From Geosiphon pyriformis uo1 (lineage: Eukaryota > Fungi > Glomeromycota), in NCBI GenBank assembly GCA_016748015.1, contig JAAOMT010000031.1, positions 1 to 64,000 on the forward strand: DNA of 64,000 nucleotides. Direction: 5' to 3'. Both the position numbers and the translations under genes were made by a program. Positions 27,781 to 40,000 of this stretch are shown piece after piece. Numbering within the stretch: position 1 is the first letter of the stretch; every line of letters starts with the position of its first letter. The notes beneath the pieces are model-generated. The model was given only the letters and a program-made list of their open reading frames with translations, was not told the origin of the DNA and made no database searches.

Positions 27781-29166
27781 ATGAATTCAGAAAACTACAA
27801 TGATCTCAAACAATATTTGGAAACATTAACAATTCCAACAGATTGGTCTCCAGATGAAAAACATCAACTACAACAACAAGCCAAACAATATTTTCTACAC
27901 AACAACATTATTTATCACTGAAATTTCAAAAACCCAGACAAACCACTCAGATTAATACAAAAACAGGAAAAAGAGACTATATTATATAACATGCACTCAA
28001 ATCTTTCATCAGCCCACTTCGGAAAAGACAGCACCACCCAAAGAACACTAGAATACTACTTTTGGCCTCGAATGAGAAAAGACATTCACAAATATGTCGA
28101 ATCTTGTGATAGTTGTCAAAAAAGAGGAGGAACTCGCCCTACAGAACCTTTAAACCCAATCAAAGTTGGACAGCCTTTTGACAGAGTTGGTATCGATTTA
28201 GTTAGACCACTACCTATCACAAACCAAAGAAACTGCTACATTGCAGTAGCCATAGACTATCTCACCAAATGGCCTGAAGCCAGAGCCATTCAACGGGCAG
28301 ATGCAAAATCAGTAGCAAACTTCATCTACGAAGACATCATTTGTAAACATGGATGCCCAATAGAACTTTTATCTGATCAAGGAACACATCTCATGAACAA
28401 TTTAATCCAGGAAATTTGTGGACAATTTAATGTCAAGAGACCATTATCTTCACCCTACCATCCACAAACAAATGGACTGGTAAAATGGTTCAACAGAACA
28501 TTGTGTGAATCATTAGCCAAAGTTTCAACCAATTTTGAGCAAAAATGGAATCTCTTTATTCCATCAGTGTTACTAGCATATAGGACACTAAAACAAGATA
28601 CCACAAAACACACACCATTTGATTTAACTTATGGAAAGATGGCAACGTTACCAATTAGTTTCACAGTGGAAACATACCCAGTACAACCAATCGATGAAAA
28701 CAATTTCCAAGAAACGCTTCAACGAAGAGCCTACACTCTGCTTAGCACATTAGAAAGAAAACGACGAATAGCAGCCACCCATATTGAACACTTCCAAGCT
28801 CAATAAAAAGAACAGCATGATGACAAATTGCCTCCAGTCACCAATGAATTTAAAAATGGAAACAAAGTTCTTTTATACAGAACTAAAGCCGAAAAACAAT
28901 AGAGTAGAAAATTTGAAAATAAATGGGATAGACCATTATTTATCCATAAAGTTTTAGGCAACAGATCATACAAGCTAAGACTTAATGACAAAATTCTAGC
29001 AAAAATTGCACATGGAGATCGTTTGAAACACTATAATTCCAGAAACAATCCTGAACCATTAATTCCACAAATTGGTACACATTCCCCTTTAATCAATCCC
29101 GAAGACATTCCCCAAAATTTAGAACCAATAGTTGTCATTGAACAGCCTTACAACTTGAACACTTAA
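27781..29166 (+). pseudogene. Element A integrase as a separate ORF
   Basis: Own ATG 52 nt after the RH stop, in another frame. HHCC (H..AHFG..CDSCQ), GIDL, LSDQGTH, YHPQTNGLV, and a C-terminal W-D-x-x-F...VHGDRLK-type module. Confidence 0.88.
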
Positions 29167-29287
29167 TTTAAATTTATTATTATAGTTATCTTCTTATAAT
29201 TTAGAAACAATTTTACAAAAACAAAACAAAAATAACATAAAAACCCATGCACCAAAAATAATTTTCTTTTATTTCAAATTGCTTATA

Positions 29288-30007
29288 ATGACTATTCCTC
29301 AAAACATTTAACAATTATCCCAAAAACTAATATTAGCTTTAAAAACAATACCCAAATTATTCATTACTGTTACTGGAAACCACATTAATTATACCCAAAC
29401 AGAAGTAGTTACAAATTTAGCCCCAAATTCACGAAAATATTATCTATATAAAAAGAACACAAAAAGTTATTCTGGAATTCACCTGCCAGAACTTTTAAAG
29501 CTTGCTTTAAGAGAAAACTTAATGCTCACTCCGATTAGTATTCCACTAAATGCTACAATTCAACAAAGACTTCAACTGTGTCTCAATGAGGAAAACACTG
29601 AATATCCTCCAATCTATAGATATTTCTACATTGGAAAAACACTCTATGAACAGAAACTGGAACTTACAACAGCAAACTTCACAAAAGAAGCTATTCAGAA
29701 ACAACTCTACAATGAATTCAAGACAATAGCTAGACCAACAAACAGTCGCTACAAGCTCAGAGCTGCTCTTAGACTTTATGACCTATTCTACACCTGTGAA
29801 AATGTACTACAAAACCCAATTTTTTAATTTTTGAAGATTCAATACATTAGAAAGCTCACAGAACTGAAATTTCAACAATTTTCAAACCAAATTTCTTCAA
29901 TAATTTTGGATTATTATCTGGAAATGACAAACAGTACTTGGACTTTGACAGAGCTCAGTCTTGAGGAGAAGGTTATGTTACCAGACAAAATTAGAGATAT
30001 TATTTAG
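29288..30007 (+). pseudogene. Element A ORF3 of unknown function (reads through the PPT into the 3' LTR)
   Basis: ATG at 29288 is in frame with track ORF 29522-29827. Contains RYFYIGKTLY, RAALRLYDLF and IQYIRKLTELKFQQF, with a few TAA stops. Confidence 0.65.
29963..29975 (+). promoter_or_regulatory. Polypurine tract of element A
   Basis: gaggagaagg immediately before the 3' LTR. Confidence 0.75.
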
Positions 30008-30974
30008 CATAAAATTATCTTATAATTTTTATTATTAATTAGCATATATTATTGTTTCAAATTATCACTTATTACATTAGCAAAAATGTCCAAAATTATC
30101 ATTTAATTAATAACCCAAATTGTACACAACACAAATGTAACCTAATTGCGATGATCAATCATGCAATACTCCGAACTATGTAACATTCAAAAGTTCGCCG
30201 AAATTTATAGAAATTTGCCGAAATAATTGATAGTTCACTGAAATATCTAATAGTTCGCAAAAATAACTTGTAGTTTGCCGAAATGTATCTTTAGTTCAGC
30301 GAAATTGTAGAAAATAACAAAGTTCAAGTTCATAGAATAGTGTTATGACAAGTTGTATAAAAGAAGAGCTTCTCTCTTTGAGAAAATGTATTTTATTTTA
30401 GATTTAACAATTAGAATCATCCTTTACACACAAAAACAAAATAAATATCAAATAATTCGAAAAATCAAATTCTGAATTATTTTACTTTTGAAATTAACTA
30501 ATTCCTACGAAACAGTTTGAAATTGATTAGCTACCAATTTTAGTAAACTGTTAGTGACTCCAGGTCTGAATAGAAAACGTTTCCCTTGACAGAATTCTAT
30601 TTTTTTTACATTTCTTTTATTTTTCTTTTCTTTTTTTTTTACAATTATTAGGGTAGCCTACAGACAAAATTTCTGTAGAAGAGTTGACTTTCACAGCAAA
30701 GTAACTATACATTTTAGTGAGCTTCTAGATGAGCAATTCCTGAGAAAGAGTTGACATTTACTACAACGTAACTACATAAAGTAACTGGCATGGAATTGGC
30801 CATTCCACTTATAAGCCCAGTAGTTCAAATTATAAGAGATAATTTGAAGATAAATTCAGTTATTGGAGGTTCAACCACATCCAGAAAATGTGAATTCACA
30901 GCAAACAAGCATCGACAACATTTAAGAAAAGAGACCAAAAACCTCCGGTAACAACATAATTGATGTTCTATGAA

Positions 30975-31170
30975 ATTGCTCACATTTCTGAGTGATGTGC
31001 TATGATTTTTTGAGCAATGCTCACATTGTTAAGCAATGTGCCCTAATTTTCTAACATCATTCCACATTGCTGAGCAATGTGCCATAATTACTAATATTGC
31101 TCCATATTGCTAAGCAATATGCTGTAATTTCTGATATTGCTCTATATTGCTGAGTAATATGCTTACATGC
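30975..31170. repeat. Degenerate tandem repeats (about 39 bp; gctcacattgctgagcaatgtgc core) within the B2 LTR
   Basis: About 5 imperfect copies visible. Confidence 0.75.
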
Positions 31171-33099
31171 TAACTATTACTTTCCTATTGGTCTACTATT
31201 TTCTATATCTGTTTTTCTTTAGTATTGAGCTCCATCAAAATTTTTATTTTGGATTATGTCAAATACTTCTTTTTTAAGTAGCATTTGTTCTATCCTATTC
31301 TTTATTTCTTCAATTTGTGAGTTGTTTATTCTTCCCCATTGGTTGATGATTATTGTTTCTATGTCAGAGTGTAACAATACTTCTGGGTAGTTTTGGAATA
31401 TAGTATGTAGTCAATAAATGGTTCTGATATGTAGTGTCAAATTTGTTTTTTTTCTAATAATGTCTTCAATGTTCCAGATTATCTCTTGATTGAAGATTCT
31501 ATTGAATTTGTTAAGATATAACTTTTGAATATCTACTTTTTGTCCCAATTAATAGTAGCAGTATGGTATTGGAAATTGGTCTATCCATTGATTCCAATTT
31601 TCTTTTAACAGTTTTCTTGTTAGAACTATAACAGTTATTTTTCCAAAAGTGTTCTTTACTTTTTCTACTATTTTATCTGACTAGTTTATTGACTGTTTCT
31701 GTAGTCACTGGTATGGTGTGTTTTTCCCTTTTTGTTTAGTGTTTTGATAACAGATTGTTTGGTTGTTGATGATAATTTCCATGTTTACTTGCTGTTGACT
31801 TAATACTTGGAACAATTGTTAAGCTAAAATGTAAATATGATCTGGTATTTCTATTTTTTCTTGTTGTTTTTGTTGTGTATACTGTGTCTTTATATACTCT
31901 TTTGGTTATTCAATTTGACATGTTTAGTTCAATTATTATGATTGGTTTTAGATCTTGTAGAATTTCATCTGGTTAGATTAATATTCTCTATATTCCTAAT
32001 TGTGAAATATTACTGGTGGATGGTAATACTATATAGTAATATGGTTTCAATCAATTACTATGTGCTGCTTTAGCTAAAATTTTGTTGTTCTATTTTAATT
32101 TATAAGCTCTATTTCCTAGAATTTTTTCTATGTGAAATGGTCCATCTCATTTGGGGTCAAATTTTTTATTCCATTGTTTTTCTGCTTTGGTACAATGTAG
32201 AAGTACTTTGTTTTCAATTCTGAATTCGACTGGTTTATCTAGTAGTTGGTTATCATGTTTTTCTTTTTGTTTCTCTTGTGATTTTTGGATGTTATCAGCT
32301 GTTTTTCGCTATTTGTTTTCCAGTGTCTCTATTAAGTCATATATTCTTCTTAATAATGTTCTTTGAAAATTCTCTTCTGTTATTGGTTTTGTTGGATATG
32401 TTTTAACTTCTATCTTAACTAGTAATTTTGCTGTTCTACTATATACTAATTAAAATGGTGTTGCTTGTTATTACAAGTGATTATTTAGGGTCTCAAATCA
32501 AATAATAAACCCGTAACTTGATGCTAAAAGTTATTCGCATTGATATTATTAATCTGAAGGTTTTGTATCTGAAGGTTTTGTATTTGAAGGTTTTGGTTTA
32601 AGTTCTTTGTATAATGGACAGAGATTCAATAGTTGTTTTATCTGTAGCTTCCCAGAATTGCAATTCTGTCAATTTTTTTCTTGGCGTGATGGCTGGCAAT
32701 TCTCTGGTAAGTATTTCGTATCTTCTGTACATGTCTTACCCTCTCGCAGGGGTCTTTTACCAGGCAATTCTTGACGTCAGTAATCTAGCACTTTATTCAA
32801 CCAATTAGTGCACAACAATAAAATAAAAAAATAAAAAATAAAGAAAAGAAATAAAAGAAAATGATGAATAAACCAAGATGGTTTTGCAAATTAGTATCCC
32901 ATCAATAGCCATGATCAAGAGCTATTGTTCCAGTGTGTTTTAAGTATCAATTACTATCAACATGGAGTGTTGATAGTGGAATTAGGTTTGAGATACCAAA
33001 TAGTTATTTATTGTGTTTGGAAGGTTGTCTAGATAAAATCTAAACTGAGAGATCTGTCTTTTTAGCTTCTACTACTACTGCTATATATACATAATTAAG

Positions 33100-33263
33100 A
33101 TTCCTCAATTCCTCAATTCTTTACAACAGAAATCCTGGAATTCCTGGAATCTTGCAATTCCATTGAGAAAAATTCTGGAATTCTGGAATCCTGCAATTTC
33201 TCATGTAAGAATCCTACAATTTCTGGAATTCTGCAATTCCTGTGAGAAAAATTCTGGAATTCC
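33100..33263. repeat. Degenerate gaattcctggaatcctgcaattcc repeats in the B3 LTR (also about 41158-41320)
   Basis: Repeated motif visible in both LTRs. Confidence 0.8.
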
Positions 33264-33404
33264 ATATTTACTACGTCTACTTCTGATTGGCTAATAACTA
33301 TGCTAATATATTTCTTATATTTCTATAAGTAATATTATTCTCTCCTTTTAATATTGAGCTTTATTGAAATCTAGCTCTTTTAATTCTCTTTCTTGAATTA
33401 TTTC

Positions 33405-34088
33405 TTAGACTTCTTTTTTCAGAATTATTTGTGTTATTTGTATCTGTAATTTTTTGAATTGGGCATTGGTGATTTTTCCTAATTGATTACTGGTAACTGT
33501 ATTTATTGCTTTATCCAGTAAGATTTCTGGTTGATCTTGAAATGCTGTGTGTATTCGGTATATGGCTCGGATTTGTGTGGATAAGTTGTTTTTTCTCACA
33601 AAATGTTCTAATTGTTGTAGTATTCTTGTGTCAAATAATCGCTTTGTTTTATCTGTATATAGATTCTGAATATTCACGTGTTGTCCCAAGTAAAAATAAC
33701 AATAGTTTCTTGGAAATTGTTGTATCCACCAATTCCAAGTTTTTTTAGTCAACTCTTGATCTGATCTGACTATTTGTTGTTCTTTTATGGCTAATTTTAC
33801 TTTGGTAATTATCTTGTCGACCATATTTTCGGATTTCCTTTGTATTTTGTGTTGCAGTGTTTTTGCCATATTTTTGTATCTGATTGTTTGTTGGTTAATG
33901 GTAATTTCCATTTCTTGGTGTTGAATCAATTGTAATAGTTGTTGTGCTAAAGAGTAAATATTGTCTGTGATTTCCATTTTTCTGGTATCTTTTGTTGTAT
34001 TGACCATGTTTTTATATACTCTTTTATTGATTGATTTATGTGTTGTTGTTGATGATGATGATTGGTTCCAAATCTCATAGAATCTCAT
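33405..34088 (-). CDS. Element B3 ORF3 (open, unknown function)
   Basis: 227-aa ORF between integrase and PPT with YFYLGQ, RAIYRIHTAF and NQLGKITNAQFKKL. Degenerate homologues at about 16290-16930 and 31240-31900. Confidence 0.65.
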   Translation of the reverse strand: MRFYEIWNQSSSSTTTHKSINKRVYKNMVNTTKDTRKMEITDNIYSLAQQLLQLIQHQEMEITINQQTIRYKNMAKTLQHKIQRKSENMVDKIITKVKLAIKEQQIVRSDQELTKKTWNWWIQQFPRNYCYFYLGQHVNIQNLYTDKTKRLFDTRILQQLEHFVRKNNLSTQIRAIYRIHTAFQDQPEILLDKAINTVTSNQLGKITNAQFKKLQIQITQIILKKEV

Positions 34089-37000
34089 CTGGTTGGACTA
34101 GTATTTCCTGTACTCCCAATTGTAGAATATTACTGGTAAAGAATGATGTTATATTATGATATGGTTTCAGTTAATCACCATGTGCTGTTTTGGTTAAGAT
34201 TTTGTTGTTTAATCTTAATTTATAAGCTCCATTCTCTAGAATTTCTTTTATGTGAAATGGTCTGTCCCATTTAGGGTCAAATTTTCTACTCCATTGTTTT
34301 TTCATTCTGGTACAATATAGAAGTACTTTGTCTCTAATCTTAAACTCAACTGGTTTGTCTAACAGTTGGTTATCATGTCATTCTTTTTGTTTCTCTTGTG
34401 ACTTTTGAATATTATTAGCTGCTTTTCGTCATTTGTTTTCTAGTGTTTCTATTAAGTCATATGTTCTTCTTAACAGTGTGTTTTGGAAATTTTCTTCTGT
34501 TATTGGTTCTGTTGGATATGTGTTTACTTTTATTTCTACTGGTAAGATTGCTGTTTTACCATATACTAATTTAAATGGTGTTGCTTGTATAGTATCCTGC
34601 TTCATTGTTCGATAAGCAAATAATACTGATGGTATAAACAAATCTTATTTGTCCTGGTTTTCTTGGCTAAGTTTGGTGATTGCTTCACACAATGTTCTAT
34701 TAAATTTTTCAACTAAACCATTTGTTTGTGGATGATATGGTGATAATAGTGGTCTCTTAATTCCAAATCTTTGGCTCAATTCTGCTAGTGTTCTGTTCAC
34801 AAAGTGAGTTTCCTGGTCTGATAATAATTTTTTTGGACATCCATGTCGACAAATCAGATCTTGATGGATGAATTTGGCAACAGATTCTGCATCTGCTCTT
34901 TGAATTGCTTTTGCTTCTGGCCATTTAGTGAGATAGTCCATGGCTATTGCAATGTATCTGTTCTCTCTGTTGGTAATAGTCAATGATCCAACTAAGTCAA
35001 TTCCAATACAATTGAATAGTTGTCTCACTTTGATTGGTCTCAGTGATTTACTGGGTCTGATTCCTTCTTTTCTTTGACAAGCATCACAATTTTAAACATA
35101 TTAGATAATGTCTGGATACATGGATGGCCAATAGTATCTTTTTCTGGTTCTTTCCATAGTTACTTCTTTATGAAAATGTTCTGTTGTTGGATCTGAGTGC
35201 ATGTTGAATAGTACTGTCTTTTTCTCTGGCTCTGTAATTACTCTGATTGATTGATTTGGATCTTTTTTATTCTTTCGATAAAGTATGTTTTGGTAAGTGA
35301 TAAAGTATTTTGATTGCTGTTTGATACTATTTCATTCTGATTGAGATAATTTTTCTTTGAACTGTTGAGTATCTATATAATGTTTGAGTTGTTGATATTT
35401 TTGTGAATTCATCTTTTGTTATATTTTCGTTGGATTGGTTTGGTTTTGTTATATTTATTTATTTTTTTGGGTTGAAATGTTCTAGATTTGTTTCATCCAT
35501 AACAAACCATTAGCATTTCTATTGTCTTTTTTTTTTTATAGTGTATAGTATAAGTATATAGTAAGAGTGCCATTTTTCATCTTGATTGTCTGTTATCTTC
35601 AAATTCTTGTTTCTGGAGTGATGTCAATCCTTTGTGATCTGTATATACCTCAAACTTCTGGCTCAAGTATTTTTTCCATTTCATGACTGTCCAATAGATT
35701 GCTAAATGTTCTAATTCTGGTGTTCCATAGTTTTTTTCGGCTGGGGTTAAATCTCGGCTGGCATATGCTATTGGATGTTTTCTTCCATCTGGTTCTCTCT
35801 GAGATAGTATTGCTCCCAATGCTTGACCTGATGCATTGGTGGTAATGATGAATGGTTTACTATAATCTGAATATATTAATATTGGAGCTTGAATGAGCTT
35901 TCTTCTTAAAGTATCAAAAGCTTCTTGTTGAGTTTCAGTTCATTAATATTTTGCATTCTTGGTTTGGAGATGATTGAGTGGCTGAGCAATTTTAGAAAAG
36001 TCTTTGATGAAGCGATGATAATAGCTTGCAAATCCCAAGAATGATTTTAGTTCGGTCACATTGGTTGGCACTGAAAAGTTCTTTACTATCTCTATCTTGT
36101 TTGAATCTGTCTTGATGCCATCTTTTCTAACTATATGTCCCAGAAACTTCAGTTCTGTTTTGCCAAAAAAGCACTTGGTAGCATTTAGCTTTAATTCTGC
36201 TCGTTGCAGTCTTTTGAATACTTGTTGAAGATGATAAAAATGATCATCAAATGTTCTTGAGAATACATTGGTGTTATCCAAGTATACAACTACTGATTTC
36301 TACAATAAGCCAGTGTACACAATTTCCATTAGCCATTAGAAGGTTGCTGGGGTGTTAGTTAAGCCAAATGATATTACTTCAAATTCAAAATTCTCTTCCC
36401 TTGTGGTAAATGCTGTTTTCTCTTTGTCGGCTGGATCTATGGCTACTTGCCAATAACTGCTATCCAAGCCCAATATTGAAAACCATTTGTTTCTACCAAA
36501 AGCATTGAATAATTTTTGTATTTGTGAAGTTGGATAACTGTCTTCACAAGTTACACCATTGAGTTTTCTGTAATCTACACAAAAGCGGATCTTTCTATTT
36601 TTTTTACAGATGAGTACTACCAGTGACAATTATGGACTTATTGATGGCTGAATTAGCCCATTGTCAAGCATTCGATTGATTTTTTGATGGATGATCTTAT
36701 GGCTGGCTGGTAGTACTCTGTATGCTCTTTGTTTAATTGGCATCGTATCTCCAGTTTTTATCTGGTGTTGGATAATGTCAGTTCTGCCAAATTTGTTTTC
36801 ACTGGCAAAGATGTCATTGAAATTATTAAGCAATATCTTAAGCTGCATATATTGAAGTGGGTCTAAGTTTCCCATGTTCATTTGTTCCAATTGTTCTGGT
36901 TGGAGCAAATAACATTCATTTTGTCTGTATATTGTTTGTGATGTAATATCCACATATCCACAAAACTGTGAAAAATCTAGAATGATGCTTGGTGGTTGAT

Positions 37001-40000
37001 CTTCTAATTCCATGCTCAAGTATCCAATGATGATTCTTTCTGGTATTGTGATGACATCTCCTGTTGTATTGTAGATGGGAATTTTAATATGGTTGTGGCT
37101 CTTGGCTGGTATGTGAAGATTGATAAATCCAATCTCTCCTGATTCACAACAGATTGCTTCTGCTTCAAAAATCTGTGCTTGATCCTTCACTCTCCTCTTT
37201 ATTGCCAACATGTATTGGTCATATGGTGGAATGAAAATTGCTTGACCAGTTGAGACAATTTCTCCTTGGCCAACAATTTTTTCCTTTGTTATATTAACTG
37301 GTATAGCTATTCTACCTGTGGATCTGAATCTCTGTATCCCTCTTACTGTTATCCTTAATTCTTTTCTGTTTTCCACTGACACTAATTGAGCTACTTTAAC
37401 CAGAGACAGGAAGATTGCTTGTGCTATCTTTTTGTTTGGCTCTATAATATAGGCCTTTTTTGAGTTATTTTATAGCATGGCAATAATATTTTCTATATAT
37501 TCCGTGTCAATTATTCCCCTTCTGATATTTATCCCTCTTTTCAGTTTCAGACTGGGTCAGCATTTCAGATAAGTTCTGTTTCCTTCTGTTTTCTTTTGCC
37601 ATTGTCATCCCATGAGAGTATTGGCGGCAGTTCATTGTGTTTTTCATTGGCCCACAAGACTTAATACACTTCCCAAGTAGGTTTTGGTTTTTTTTCTTTG
37701 AAGTCAATTAGTGGTGCTGTGGTGTTGGTAGCTTTGAAGTGACCACACGTTGCTGGTACTTGCATGTATTGACTATTCTGGCTGAGTACTAGTTTTTGAG
37801 TCGTCCAATCGAGCACAATGTTGGTTTTGAATAGCCAGTTATTACCAACTAAAGCTTGGTATTGGGTGGCTTCTATTACCAAAACTTTAATGAGTACTAC
37901 AATGCCATTGACTTCAATTGGGAAGTTATTGATTTTGCCAATTGGAGTTTTGGTGGTTCTATCAGCAGTGATAATCTTGGTGCTGACAGTGTGATCAACT
38001 CAGCAACCTAATTGATTTATGAGTTGTCATATGATGATGCTGCCTGCTAAACCACTGTCCAGGATTAATTTGATGGAGTGGCCATCGACTTTGGCATCAG
38101 TATACATGGCAGTAATCGGTTTCTTTTCAAGTACAGCTTCATTGAATAATGGCACATTTGATAGTTCTTCGAGTTCAAATGGAAAGATGGCATCCAAAGA
38201 TTCATTTTCGGTGATTGTAGTAGGTAAAATATTATTGGTAGATGGTTGTTGTTGTTCGATTTCTGGATTGCTGGATGTGGCATCTTCTGGAGTCACCAGG
38301 AGGCTTAAATAGTGTTGGGAATTCGGGTTTTGGGTGGGACTGGTGTCCGAATTCTGTTGACAAGATCCTGATTGTTGGTGGGAAGAACTGGGAATCGGTT
38401 GATGTACAACTATCACTGATCTTCAGTTTTGAATGATTCTCGATCTTGGGTTCCCTAATGTCATTTGAGCTGGGTTTGCTGGTGGTGTTTGAATGATGAG
38501 TGTTTGATAGATTGCTGATGGCTGTGGTTGATATATTACTTGTGGTTGCACCTGATAAATTGCTTGTGGCTGTGGTTGATAAACTGGAATTTGATAAACT
38601 GGCAGTTGATAAATTGGTTGGTGCATCATAGACAGGTAAGTGGGTTGGTATTGGTCTTGATTCAAGTGATGGTTCAGAGTCTAGAACCAGTGATTAGGGT
38701 TTCTATATTGATTTTCCGATCGTGGATTGCTATAAGTATGGCAGTTGGCTCTGATGTGCTCTTGTTTACCACAGTTGTGGCAGATGTGTATCTCTGGCTG
38801 CCACAACTGATTGGATGATGATGATGGACATGACTAATTTTGGAAATAATTTACATTTCCCTGATTGTTATGCTGTTGAGGGGTTTGATAAATTGTGCGA
38901 TTGTCAACTAAGTATCCCTCTAATTTCTGATTAATTGAATTACTGAATTGCTTTAATTTGGAATCCAATTCAGATAATCTATTCATTGCTAGATTCACAG
39001 CTTGAGCATGATTAGCTTCTAGTTCAGCTGCTTCAAAATCTCTGGTGTAGGTGATTGCAGTTGGAAGGTCCACTGGGTGCATTAGATGTACTTATTGTAA
39101 GATACTACTGCGCAATCTTCTAATAAATTGATTTAAAATCTGTGGCACTGTAAAATAGTTGACTTGGATGACTTGTATTTGGCATAGATTTCTATAGAAG
39201 CATCCTAAGTAGGTAGTGACTGCTTCAGTATCTTCTTGTCTGATAGTTGTAAAGGTGTTGGCTAATTTGTTAATACTATTATTATTGCTAAAGTACCACA
39301 AGAATTCAGTTTTAAATTCATTAAAATTTTGGGGTTTAACAGTGAGACTTTGATACCATGCATCAGCAGTATCCTGGAAAAAATAAGAGATCACTTATAT
39401 CACTCTAGCATCATCTCAATTATTGGCTGTAATAGCTTTGACCACATTATTTAATCAGACTTGGGCATCGTTTTCTTCACCATTGAATTTGTTGAGTTTC
39501 GTGATAAGTGCATAAGCCATTTGTTGTTGCTGTGGTAGTAGAAGTTGTTGTTGTTGTTGGGGTGGTACTGGTGGCAGTTGTTGATTTTGTTGGTTTAGTA
39601 GTTGCCAATTGGTTCAATGGGTGATTGATCGATGATGATAACTGGAGGTAAGTGTTGATTAATTACTTTGGGGTTTAGATTGTTCTGATTTGGTGGGGTT
39701 TGAATATTCGGAGTGTCGTTTTCCGAATTGTCTAAATTGGGCTGGGTTTAAAAGTTCTGGGTTTCAATTTCCAGGTTTTCTAGGATTGGGTTTTGATAAG
39801 TAAATTCTTGATCCTCAGATTTTTCTTCCTCTTCTACTTCTTGTTCTCTTTCTGATTCAGTAATTTCCTAAGGACTTGCAATTTCAAAATTTGGTTGAGG
39901 TGGTGGTGATCGAAATTTAAATCCTTCAAAATACTTGCCATATGGTCCTAGTAGATCTTTTTTTTTGTTTACTTTGGAATGGAAAATGTCCAAATGCTAA

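Larger units (their letters stand above)
21101..30953 (+). mobile_element. Full-length Ty3/Gypsy element A (LTRs 21101-22078 and 29976-30953, 978 bp each; TSD acat)
   Basis: TGTTACC...GTAACA LTR pair, acat on both flanks, PBS and PPT, and gag-PR-dUTPase-RT-RH, INT and ORF3 coding remnants. Confidence 0.95.

Noticed and set aside
28900-29166. Chromodomain at the integrase C-terminus
   Set aside because: The tail after VHGDRLK-type motifs is short and Pro-rich with no Y-x-V-K-W-x-G pattern
33405-34088. ORF3 as an envelope gene
   Set aside because: No signal peptide, furin/fusion motif or TM anchor visible, and too short
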